From Intoshia linei (Eukaryota; Animalia; Orthonectida), in contig LWCA01000307.1 of the NCBI GenBank assembly GCA_001642005.1, forward strand, positions 1 through 33,170: a stretch of DNA of 33,170 nt, written 5' to 3'. The position numbers were made by a program, and so were the translations under genes. Below are positions 15,542 through 27,611 of the stretch, piece by piece. Position 1 is the first letter of the stretch, and each line of letters begins with the position of its first letter. A model generated the notes under the pieces. It had not been told where the DNA came from. It made no database searches and was given only the letters and a program-made list of their open reading frames with translations.

Positions 15542-17594
15542 TTAATAAACTTTATTTTTATATGTAAAATAGACCAATAAACTGATTAAACATACAATTC
15601 CAAACAAGGAACAAAATAACACTCCAATTATAATAGTTCGATTACTATCGTAAGATAATGGTTTGACTGATAAAGGTTTCCAGTATATTCCATCGATTTT
15701 TTTAAAATGAATCAACGGCTCGCAATTAACTCCTAAAATGTAAAATATGTGACTTGTTACTTTAATTTATATTTGGTTCTCAACTAATTTTTCTCATTCC
15801 CCCTAGAGGTATTATACTTTGTGACACCCTCCATTATGTATTAGAAATATACTAAAATTGGAATGGTGATTATAACTATAATTAATGAGAATTTTGTCCA
15901 GATTCACGGTTAAGTGGAAGAAAGAGCACAACGTAAATCGTCTTTAATATTTAATGTTTCATTTTTTATATATAAAAGAGTAGAAAATCTACATTCCATA
16001 AGTATGTTGATACGAAAGCTAACAATTCTAACTGCTTTTTCCAAATTTAGGTAAAATCTACGATTAGTTATATCTTTCATCAAAATTTTATTATTAATTT
16101 TTCAGCATATGCATCATTTGCACCCGAATCTATTTATTTATTTAATTCTGAATTTTCAATTTCCCCCTTTAAATACAATGTAGTAAAATTTCCTCTGTTG
16201 AGAACCATTGATTTATATACTTGATTTTGCGACAAGTTTATGATCATTAACATTTATCCAAATTTTTATTCTTTCCACATTAATTTCTTTTATATAAATG
16301 TTTCCTATAGTATAATGCCGTTTTAATGAAACTGAAATGTTGCAAGAATATGTTTCTTGTTGGTTGGTTTGTTGGTAAAATATTTGTTTTGGTAAATATA
16401 TATAATTTGGTCCCAATTTCAATATTGCTTCTTCCAATTTAACAATTTGATCGAATCCAACCTTTTTTGTTTTAAATTTTAAAGCTATATAACTATATTT
16501 GGAAGGAAATAAATTACCACTTGCCTAATTTCAATATTTAACAAAATATACCGTCATTACCTTAAAAAATATAATACTGCGATCGCATCTTACGCTCACG
16601 TCTTCTGATGTGAACGAAATTGTAATTGATTCATTCTAAGTTGAATTTGTAAATAAATTAGCTTAGTTTCCTCTTTTCAAAATTTTTTACAAATAAGAAT
16701 ATTCTTAAACCCAACCATTTTTACTAATTATCAAAATTTACCAACTTAGGGAAAATTCCTGTTTTACCAAACCCTAAAAAGACAAATTCAGTTTTACCAA
16801 CCCTTAAGGATAAAAATCTAGTCTTAGCAACCCTATAGCGCAAAAGCCAGTTGTTCCAAACCCTACAAATAAAAATTCCGTTTTAACAACCCTTTAGAGG
16901 AAAAGTTCACTTTTCCGACCCTAAACAGAAAAATTCAGTTTTACCAACTCTAAAATGAAAAAATCAGTTTACCAAACCTTTAAAGAAAATTACCGTTTTA
17001 ACAAAGCTGAAAGGAAAATTGTAATTAAGGTTTTAACCTTTTAGGGTTGGAAAAGTTGGATTTGATGTTTTAGGGTTTGTAAAAGTGGACTTTTCATCTT
17101 AAGGTTTGGTAAAACTGATTTTTTTATTTTAGAGTTGGTAAGACTGAATTTTTCTTTTTAGGGTTGGTAATACTACTTTTTTTCTTGTAGGGTTTGAACC
17201 AATGGATTTTTTGTTTTAGCGTTAGTATAAGTGGAATTTTCACTAAAGAGATTGTAAAAGTGTGATTTTCCCTTAAGGGTAAGTAAAATTGTTTGGATTT
17301 AAGTAGGCACCCTTTACAAATTACGTGCAAAAAATTAAGATGTTGAGAGGGTCAAAAGCGAGTATGATAAAGATTACTTTGAATTTTCCCATTCGCACTG
17401 CATTTGCTGTAATGTCTCCTCTAACCAAAGCACAGATGGATCCATTCGATTTTGTTAATCTCCAATAACCCCTGATTAGGGAGACCATATATTTTAAGCT
17501 GAAGCATTCCGCATAAATTATTAAAACTATACACTAGATTTTAATGGTTCATTACATAGTTTTTACCTATAAAAATTATTAGAGTAAGTTTCAT
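15542..17594 (-). CDS. LAMP-like type I membrane protein, paralog B; 5 exons
   Basis: Exons 17594-17567, 17526-17378, 16635-16561, 16524-16221, 15732-15542. Signal peptide MKLTLIIFIVLIIYAEC; LIRGYWRLTKSNGSICALVRGDITA..VRC..ETYSC..RVNC; TM TIIIGVLFCSLFGIVCLISLLVYF; tail TYKNKVY*. Confidence 0.78.
16080..16200 (-). pseudogene. LTR-retrotransposon aspartic protease fragment inside an intron
   Basis: The minus strand reads FTTLYLKGEIENSELNK*IDSGANDAYAEK, the retropepsin DSGA motif with an in-frame stop. It lies in intron 15733-16220. Confidence 0.55.
16735..17290. mobile_element. Foldback-like element: inverted arms built of ~30-bp tandem repeats
   Basis: Left units are TTTTACCAACCCTAAAA..GAAAAATTCAG and right units are the reverse complement. 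16929-16990 closely matches the reverse complement of 17092-17152. The orientation switches near 17030-17040. Confidence 0.8.
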
Positions 17595-17676
17595 ATTGTA
17601 TAATTGTTTACTGCAAACAAATAAAATAATGTAATTTTCAATTTTTAGTATAGAATGTGATTATTTATGTTACATA

Positions 17677-19329
17677 CTAACTTGACTGCTATGTATTACG
17701 TAAAAGAGAATCTAGCTCTCCCGAGGGAACATTTTTATTCTACCAAAAAAATTAATTCACGTTGAAAATCTAACTTAATAATCCTACCATTCACTATTAT
17801 CAATCATTTAAGTGAGTGGTTCCCAAACTTGTTCCAGGTGGAACCGTCATATCACATTACTTTTCAATTAAAACTGAATTATTCCACGTTAAATTTATTT
17901 TGTTAACATTTGTGTAAAGAATTTTAAAAAAAATTGTCATAAATAGCATAAATTACAAAAAAAATAAAATTGTAAAAACCTATTTTGTCATTTTCAATTG
18001 AGTTAATATATACAATTGTACATGTACCAATGTAATAAATAATTAAAAATACCAATTATGTATCACTAATTAACGGAATCTGCACTTTAAAAACATATTT
18101 CAGATGAATTTACCGATATTGCTAAGCATTAGGATGATATAATATAAAAATGATGATAACCAAGTCAGGGGCAAATTCAAGTGGTGCAGTTGCATCCCTA
18201 AAATTTTAATTAATGTTTTGTAAAATAACTGAAAAGGTTTTAATAAATTAAAACAATATAGATGGCGCATAACACTACATTTTTAATATTTTTGCGAAAA
18301 AATACAAATTTGGAAACTATTATATAACAACCTTTAAATGAAATTAAAAGAGACGCCCTAAAATTTTTTAAATTTAAATATATCTCACACCCCATTAACT
18401 AGCTTCTTGGATCCTATCAGTATTAATATTACTTTTAGTAACCGTTGGTTAGTTTTACTTTAAATTTCAAACAAAATGTTTTGAAAATGAGGATTTGAGA
18501 TTTAAAAATTGCGAAGAAATAAATTATATAGATTTTCACCCATATTTCATGTATTGGAAATGAGTAGACGTTCAATGCACATTTCTTATGAAATTGTAGG
18601 ATCAATATTTACATTTTCAATTTTAATCAAATATTTGAAAAATATTGGTTGATAATATATTAAAAATTATTTTTCACCGGGAATGCGTAGATTTCTCGGG
18701 TTGAACTTTTGTATTTATATCAACTGGAATAAGCTCTACAGAAAAATCTCTTTTTTTAAAGGTTAAACTTTTGTATTTATATCAACTGGAATAAGCTCTA
18801 TCAGAATAATTTTTTTTTTTAAATTTTTGACTGTTAATTATTTCACATTTATTGTTTTAATAAAATAATTCGGAAAAAAAATATATGAATACTAAAATGC
18901 TTTTATTGACCGTGAAGTCGTCACTTATTCGGATTAAAATTTTTTGTGTGTGTTAACAAGATACAACTGTACCACCTGTAAAATTGTTTAAATTATAGGG
19001 CTGTTTTCATTAAAAAAAGAAGGGTAATTTAGGGTTTTGGCTCTGAAGATATAATTTTTTTTAATTTAAATTTATGATAATGTTTATGATTTTAAAATCC
19101 GTATCAGCGTATATATTTTTTTTAAATTCTCCAACTTGTTTGATTTTCAAAAAAAAGGACAATTAAAGTTTTTGACCCGTAAGATGATAGTTTGGGAGGT
19201 TGAAATTTATCTTATTATTACCCGGAAAAATCTGTAATTGAAATATGGACTTTATAAAATTCTAAGACTAGTAGTTATTGAAATAAACGATAATACACAG
19301 ACAAACAAAGCATATTATATAAGTAAGGA
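17677..19329 (-). mobile_element. Non-autonomous Helitron-like element interrupted by ~600 bp of nested sequence (~17814-18420)
   Basis: Reverse complement of 21126-22179. 5' end A|TCCTTACTTATATAATATGC at 19329; 3' end CAGTCAAGTTAG|T at 17677. Internal 62-bp tandem duplication at ~18700-18800. A nested AGTGGTTCCCAAACT hAT end lies at 17815. Confidence 0.82.
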
Positions 19330-20461
19330 TATGAATATTAATATAATATAAAATATATCAAGAATCAATTAAAACAGTATTTACGAACATATAACCACTA
19401 TTTCAAAACATTTGGCGGAAATTACCCCCAAAAAAATTTTTTTGGACAACTATTAACTCACATAGACACAAAAAAAATTGGGGTAATTTTTATAACGTAA
19501 TTATTTAAATAATGTTAATAATTGTACAAATTTTTATAACCTGGATAAAATAGCAATTAATTGCATTGTAAAATATAATTCAGTGTATGTATCGTTAATA
19601 ATATGTATTATACGCTATTAACTTAATTTATAGTATGTATAAATTAATTAAAAAGCAACTCAATCTAATCATTACGTTTACGTGTCGCGTATACTATAGT
19701 ATACGCAAACGAAATGAATATTTTATTTTCAAAAAGCAAGTTATCATGTTTCGATATGCATAATAAAATACTTCATTAAATACATAGTTGTGCAACGATA
19801 TATGCATTGCATATACAAATAATATATAATATATATATATAATATAAATTACACAAGTACATTTCGTATTATAAATTATAACGTTTACAGTTAATTAAAA
19901 GACAATTTAATATTCTAATAATGATATTGAAATTTGAATAATATAAAATCAAAGTCCATTACAACTCATAAATCAGAAATACACAATTCTTACAGAGATA
20001 GTGTCCTAATTATTAAATTTTATTCTAAATCTACGAGACAATTATACTTTGACAGTATATGAATGTATAATGTTATGCTATAAATTTCATGCAATTCAGT
20101 ATGTGAAATTTTGTTTGCATATAATTATCTCTAATGTATACTGCATTGTATTTATATTTACCAGTGTAGATTTATACATTTTATGATTTTAATGTACATA
20201 AAATTTATTGAATTTACAAAAACATATTATTAAATATCTAATTAGACATGTATAATCACATTTCACAGTTGTTTCTATTTAAATGGGGACATTACCTTTA
20301 TTATGATAAACACATATTGACAATTTATTTTTTCCACAGAATGTATTCAAAATGAATGTCATACTTACCTATTATTGACATACATTTTATGTCAATACTA
20401 TAAAAATTACCTACATCTTACATTAAATATATCATAAACATTAAATTATATTGTATGCGAC

Positions 20462-23400
20462 ATGTCTCTAGATGCAGATAATTTAGAACTAGCCAAAGAG
20501 GTTTTCGAGGCTGTAATATATATTTTTATAATGGATAACTAGCTTAATATACTCGCTAAGATTATTAACTATTATTTCATCTCTTATTTAGTATGCCAAT
20601 GGAAGTGATAACATCGATGTTAACCAACTCGGCCAACTTTTGGAAGGCTGTAATATCAAATTGGCCGGTTTTCAATTACGTGATTTGATTAAAGAAATGG
20701 ATACCGATAAAAACGGCACATTGAATATAGATGAATACATAAATGTTAATATTTTTCATTATTCATAACATGATATTTTGCCGTAAAAATTGTTTAATTT
20801 ATTCATAGATGATGACCGTTTTAATTAACGAAAGAAATTACGGAATAACATTCAAATCTGCAATAAAACAAGTCGAAAATATTAAGAAAATGGGTGGAAC
20901 TACGTATGCTTCTTCTGAAGGTACTACGCATTCTATCGCTACCCACGAAATTAACGGTTTTGCCGAGTGGCTTAATATGTAAGATTAATTAGATATTTAA
21001 TCTATTTATTTCAGAATATTGGGGAATGATGAATCAATTAAATATGAAAAGTTTCCAATAAAACAGAACACTGAAGATTTGTTTGTAGTTATTAAAGATG
21101 GAATAATATTATGGTAAATTTGAAATGCTTACTTATGTAATATGCTACGCGATTTTTGTTTGTCTGTATGTGTGCTCACTTTATTTAAATAACTACCTGT
21201 CTTAGAATTTTATAAAGTCCACATTTTAATTACAGTTTTTTCCGGAGGTGTTCGCAAACTAAATTTCAACCTCCCAAACTCAAATCGTACGGGTCAGAAA
21301 TCCCAATTGACCTTTTTTTTGAAAATCAAACCAGTTGGAGAATTTAAAAAAATATATACGCTGATACGAATTTTATAATTATAAACCAAAAATCATAAAT
21401 TTAAAAAAATTATATCTTCAGGGCCAAAACCTCAAATTACACTTCTTTTTTTAATGAAAACAGCCTTAGAATTTAAAAAAAATTACAGGTGGTACAGTTG
21501 TATCCTGTTAATACACACAAAAAATTTCAATCTAAATAAGTGACGACTTCACGGTCAAAAAAGCATTTTGGTATTCATATATTTTTTTTCAAAAATATTT
21601 TATTAAAACAAAAAATGTGAAATAATTAATGGTCCAAAAATTAAAAAAAAAGATTATTCTGATAGAGCTTATTTCAGTTGATATAAATACAAAAGTTCAA
21701 CCCGAGAAATCTACGCATTCCCGATGAAAAATAATTTTTAATACATTATCAACCAATATTTTTCAAATACTTCGATTAAAATAAAAATTGAAAATGTAAA
21801 TATTGATCTTACAATTTCAAAAAAAATGTGCATTTAAACGTTTACACATTTCCAATAAAGAAATATGGGTGAAAATCTACATAATTCTTTCGGAATTTTT
21901 TTCATTGCTACGCAATTTATAAATTTTAAATTCTCATTTTCAAAACATTTTATATAAAATTTAAAGTATTTAATTAAATGTTAACAAACAAAAAATTAAG
22001 ATGGAATAATTCACTTTAAAGTAAAAAGTAATGTGATAATCCTTTAAAGGATGAATAATAGTGAATAGTAGGATTTTTAAGTTAGATTTTCAACGTGAAT
22101 TTATTTTTTTGGTATAATAAAAATGTGCCCTCGGCAGAGCTAAGTGCTGTTTGTACGTAGTACATTACAGTCAACCTAGTTATAATTATAATAGTATACT
22201 TTATAATTATTCAATTTTTTAGTAAATTAATAAATATCGCCCAAAAAGGAACTATTGATGTGAGAGCTATAAATTTTAATAAATTGAATGTCTACAAAAT
22301 CCACGAAAATATGACTCTCGCTATAAACTCGGCCGCTGCTATTGGAGTGTCCACAGTAAATATTGGAGCAGAAGATATAATTTCTGGTGTTCAGCATATT
22401 TGTTTAGGATTAATTTGGCAAATTATTAAGGTATGATTTTATAATAATTGTAATTATCAGATTGTATTAATTAAACATTGTTATTTACATCAGTCATAAT
22501 CTCTAAAAATTATTATTATAGCAAGCACATTAAATACATTTCTAATATGAAAACTTATTATTATTTTAAAAAATTACTTTACTTTACAACCAGTTTGAAA
22601 GTTTAGTAAAAAATACATCGAGATCCTGACTAATGTATTTTGGGGAGAGGTACAAATATTTTTATACACTTCATTTATGAATATTCTCATATAGCACTTT
22701 TTAAGACTAGTGGAGAAAAATTCCACTAAATTTAACAAAATGATGTAAAACCCTCTCTAAATTTTAAAATATTAGTTTATAAACGCCTTTCTAATTTTAT
22801 TTATAAAACTTCATTAATTAAGACACTCTAAACTTTTGATAAATTCTTTTAAACCCTTCTAAAGCTTAAAAAATTATATGTTAAATTGTAGAATTAAATT
22901 AAAATGGAATTAAAATGAATAATAAAATCAAAAGCATTTTTTAAATTTTTGTCATAAAAAATTTCCAAAGGCCTGTCCATATTTAAAAAAATTACACAAG
23001 AATAAAAATGAACACATATTGTTTTCAGTTTAAAAAAATACCTCTAAAATTGCTTTTTATATTATTTTCTTCAAAAATTACTCTAAACATAAAAATCTCC
23101 CTGAAACACTCTCTAATATTTAAAAGACTCGTCTTTAAGTTTTTAAAAGTTTACTGGAATATCTCTTTTATAATTTTGTTGGAAAAAATCCCACAATTCT
23201 ATTTCTAATTATATAGAAAAAAATAAAAATCCATTTTTAAATTCATTTTTTTAAAAATTCCTCTAAATTTTAAAGAAATGTAGTGAAAATCTCTCTAATA
23301 TTTAAAAATTTTACATGAATAATCCTTTTTTTTAAATTTAGTTTACAAAAAATACCTTAAAAATCACTTTTTTAATTTTTTTCTCAAAAACTCACTTAAA

Positions 23401-26400
23401 CTTTAAAAAATGCCGTTAAACATTGTCTAATATTTAGAAAAGTTTAATTAAAAAACTCTTTTTAATTTTGTTTAGCAAAAATTTCACAATTCCTTTTCTA
23501 ATTTAAAAAACTACCTTATTACTTTTGATAAAAAATAACTTCAAAGTTTGAGTGTTTGAAGTTCAAACACGCTTTTTAAATTTTTTTACTACAAAAATTC
23601 TACTAAACCTTCAAAAAATAATATGAAACATTCTCTAATTTAAAAAATTTACTTTATAACCAATTAGAACTTATTAAATTTAATTAAAAAACTATACCTC
23701 TTCAATTTTATTTATCAAAATTTCCACTAAAACACTATAGTTTAGAGTCAATACTTTAAAATCTAGATATTATGGATTGATAAAAATAAATAATAATCAA
23801 AAAAACTTTTTATTTCTATCGACAAAGTCCTTTATCATTAAAAAAGTGTAATAAAAAGTTAAACCCTATACATTCCATTCACCCTCCTTTAAATTTTTAA
23901 TGTTTGATTAAAAAATTGACTTTAAAAACGGTTTTTTTTTGAATTTTATGACGAAAACTAATTAAATAAATAAATTATTGACCGATTTGATAATGCTAAT
24001 TGAAAATATCCATTTATTGAAAATTAATCAACAATAATTTTTAGATTGGCTTATTTGCAAATATAAACATTCAAGATCATCCCGGATTAGTTTTACTTTT
24101 GCGAGACGGAGAAACAATACAAGATCTCAACAGACTGAGCACAGAAGAACTTTTGCTGAGATGGGTAAATTACCAATTAGAACTAGCGAATCAACCACTA
24201 AGAATAAACAATTTTACTAATGATATCAAAAATTCTGAAGCATACACTCATGTAATAAAAGAAATTGCTCCAGCGCACTTTGGAGTTTCAAGCAATCACT
24301 TGCAGGTAAAATCCAATTATATTTTTGGGTATTTTTAAATTCATCATTTTGGCAGGATTCCAATTTAACTAATAGAGCTGAGGGTATGCTAAAGCAAGCC
24401 GATAAAATTGGAGCAAAACAATTTATTTCTGCTGCAAGTATAGTCAATCCAATTCAAAAACTAAACCTTGCCTTCATTGCAAATTTATTCAACACGTATC
24501 CCAACTTAAATGTGGATGAGGAGCAATCAATTATTGTAGAAACTAGAGAAGCCAAGTGTAAAATTTTAATTCGAATTACATTAAAATGTCAAATGTTTTA
24601 GCATATCGTAACTGGATAAATTCTCTTGGAGTAAAACCTTATGTGTCTTATTTAACGTCAGATTTATATGACGGACTCATCATTTTTCAACTTTTCGATA
24701 TAATTAAAAAAGGAATTGTAGATTGGAACAGGGTCAAGAAAAAATTTCATAAATTGAGGGCTCTCATGGAACGTGTAGAAAATTGTAATTATGCAGTAGG
24801 TAATATTCAAATTATTAAGAAAAATAAAATGTAAATTGTAAATGGGACATGATTATACTTTATATCTAGAAATTGGAAAAAAATTGAAATTCTCTTTGGT
24901 GGGTATACAAGGAAAAGATTTATATGATGGAATCGAAACGCTCGTGCTCGGTTAATTTTAGATTTACAATATAATTTTATTGTGCATCCTTATTTTGACT
25001 AAAAATGTATGAATTTTTATTTTTGTCTATAATCATTTAATTCATTCTAATAAATTAAAAAAATCGAATCATAAATTTCTTTACACAAATGTTAACAAAA
25101 TAAAATTAAGTGTGAATATTTCACGTTAAATTTAATGCGAAATGACTGGTCCAAGGTCTAACAAGGTAATATTGTATAGTAGAATTTTGTTATTGAATTT
25201 ATTTTTTGGTAAAATTAAAAAAGTCCACTCTCGATAGAATTAGATATTGTTTGTACCAAGTACGTAACAATCAAGCTAGTAAATCATATAGATTTATTAT
25301 AATTTTCATAATATGTTTATTATTATTTAGCTTTTGTTTGGCAACTTATGAAGGCGTATACACTGAGTATACTGTCTGAGATTGCTACTACTGGCATTGA
25401 TATGAAGAATATGGATCAGGCTATTTTGGCATGGGCAAATGAAAAAGTAATGTTCTGAACTTCAATATATAATGCATCATTTATAGTTGTCTGAATCAGG
25501 ATCAAATAAAACAGTTAAATCGTTTGGATCATCTGACCTTAAGTATTAACATAAATGTCACAATTTACATTTATATAGAGATTCACTCGTTATGTTTGAT
25601 TTAATTCAAGCAATTGTACCTAATAGCATAGATAAATCCTACGTACTGCAATCCCCATCCAGCGAAGAGGTATGCATTTGAATTTATTATATTTCAATTA
25701 TTAAATTAAATCTCTTCAGTCAATTCTCTACTAGAGCGGAATTATCATCAATTTTGCTAATTAATCATATTGATTTTTGACAAAATTTTTGAAAATGTTT
25801 TTTTATCCAATTTTTAATTTTGATACATTACAATATTTTGAAGATCCTTTAAAATGTTATCTACAAAAAATTAATTAACCATTAATCGTGATGTATCAAT
25901 TCCATGTAAAAAATATACACAACAAGTAAAAGGTGTAACCGTAAAATTTGTTAAAATATTGGTTCAGAATGGGTAAATGGTGAAATCGTAGACTTTTCAA
26001 ACTTATAAGTAGCTATTAAACCAGTGGTTCCCAAACTTTTTTCACCATGGACTACATAATTTTTGAACAAAAATCACCTTAATTCTGAACATGTCACTAA
26101 GGTAATATTTATATTTTTGTATTATATATTCCTCCTTAAATCGAAAATTTTACATTAATTTTGACATGGTGGCTTCAATGGAGTAACTTAAAAAATTATT
26201 AATTTCAAAACATACTTATGGCGGACTACCAGTGCTGAACCTGCCGTATCCGAGATCCTTCTACAGAGGGATCTCGAAGAAATTTTTTTTATAATGGGGC
26301 TTTAATTTACTATATTGAGAATTAAAAATTATTGAATATCTACTAATTTGTGTTAAAATTAAAATGTCAACTCAAAAGTATTAGAGAGGTGGATAAGGTT

Positions 26401-26859
26401 ATATGCCATTATATTTCGTTTAAAAAATTTTTTAATGGGTTATTTTCCATTTTAGGAGTGGCCACAAGCTTGCTAGGTTCGATTCTGGGAACTACTATTG
26501 AACTAAGTTAAATCGTTACATACAATCGTTCCGAATATTTTGGGTAAAATTAAGAAAACTATTATATATGTATTTGTAAATTTTCATAATTATCATAAAA
26601 CTCGATTATAATTGATGGGATCTTAGAACCAATCATTATTGAATACCATTCGTAAATATTATTTACCGTGAATGGAAATAAAAATAAAAGTATAATGATT
26701 TGTTTTTAGCAATTAATGGAAAATGCATCCTACGCTATAAGCAGTGCTCGTAAAATCGGAGCCAAAGTGTATGCACTCCCAGAAGACGTTGTTGAATCAA
26801 AAGGGAAAATGATGATGACCATATTTGCCTGTTTAATGATAAGAGACAGACAAAATTGA
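20462..26859 (+). CDS. PLS: Plastin/fimbrin (2 EF-hands and 4 calponin-homology domains)
   Basis: [16 protein letters not shown]-hand; SSEGTTHS; [20 protein letters not shown]; [15 protein letters not shown]; LGLIWQIIK|IGLF; [12 protein letters not shown]; [15 protein letters not shown]; [10 protein letters not shown]; ENCNYAV; [12 protein letters not shown]; [36 protein letters not shown]. All introns GT-AG. Confidence 0.96.
21126..22179 (+). mobile_element. Non-autonomous Helitron-like element (most complete copy) in a plastin intron
   Basis: Inserted between A and T. 5' end TGCTTACTTATGTAATATGCT (TC in sister copies); 3' end CAGTCAACCTAG|T. No TIR or TSD. GTTTGTCTGTATGTGTG microsatellite near the 5' end. 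Confidence 0.82.
22690..23760. repeat. Degenerate AT-rich tandem array in a plastin intron, similar to 8660-9870
   Basis: Recurrent CTCTAAA(T/C)TTTAAAA and TTCCACTAAA motifs at roughly 30-35 bp spacing. Confidence 0.6.
24987..25279 (+). mobile_element. Internally deleted, diverged Helitron-like copy in a plastin intron
   Basis: Starts A|TCCTTAT. The 3' block GAATTTATTTTTTGGTA..TGTTTGTAC..AGTAC..CAAGCTAG|T matches 22097-22179. Confidence 0.6.
26022..26497 (+). mobile_element. hAT/Charlie-type MITE carrying a nested MITE (26230-26487)
   Basis: Left end CAGTGGTTCCCAAAC, right end GGGAACTAC(TA). Flanks TATTAAAC/TATTGAAC. The nested element ends are CAGTGCTGAACCT and AGGTTCGATTCTG. Confidence 0.62.
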
Positions 26860-26888
26860 ACCTAGATATTCATAATTTTATTAATAAA

Positions 26889-27611
26889 TTATTTTTTCTT
26901 CCATTCATTTTTGTCATAATCCCAGTAAGATGCAATACCATGGGACAGTCCTTGCATCTGTCTAATCCAATATTCCACCATTTTTTCCTTGTATTCTGGT
27001 TGTAAAGTGTAAGGACGATTAATTTTAACTAAAATACAATGAATATACTTATTTATTTAATAAAAAAAACGTAAGAAAATTACTGTAATTTAAGAGAGAA
27101 ACGTAATAAAAGAGTCCCGCCGTCATAAAAATTAAAGTACATCCAAAAAAGAAAGGCATACGGTGATTTTGTCTATTTTGAAATTCGGCATAAGTATAAC
27201 GAAAATTTTTTCGGTATACTAAAAAAATGTTTAGATAAAATGATATCATTGATAACATTGTTTCTTTTGATCAATTGTCAAATCACGCCAATCACCCAAT
27301 TCTAATTGTCGCAAAGCGTAAAAATCTGCAGTATTTGGTCTAAATCTAATGCCCGGCATTGGTACGGCTATATTATCAAAATATTCTCCAGCTCCACCAG
27401 CACCAAAACCGACAATATCTCTATTTCCTAGATACAAAATTTACATTCCAAATATATTAATGATAATACCCAATTTTGGATAACCGTAGTCTCTTTTATC
27501 TCGAGGTAGATCACAACAATCTTTTAACAATTCTGGATTTATATTGACGGCAGTTGAATTAAAACGACATAACTTTAAAGCATTTTTGATGATATTCCTA
27601 CTCACAATCAT
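26889..27611 (-). CDS. COX4: Cytochrome c oxidase subunit 4; 4 exons
   Basis: Transit-like MIVSRNIIKNALKLCRFNST; YPKLG|NRDIVGFGAGG..YFD...PMPGIRFR..LRQLELGDWRDLTIDQKKQ|LYRKNFRYTYAEF; TM segment; C-terminus GIASYWDYDKNEWKKK*. Confidence 0.93.

Noticed and set aside
15795-15830. CCCCTAGAGGTATTATACTTTG as a DINE-1/Helentron end
   Set aside because: Short resemblance only, with no partner subterminal repeat or second copy.
16735-17290. ~30-bp repeats as a CRISPR array
   Set aside because: Eukaryotic intron, degenerate units with no unique spacers, inverted halves and no cas genes.
18167-18360. CAGGGGC..GCCCTA as a nested MITE
   Set aside because: The TIR match is too short and there is no TSD, so it is left as unresolved nested sequence.
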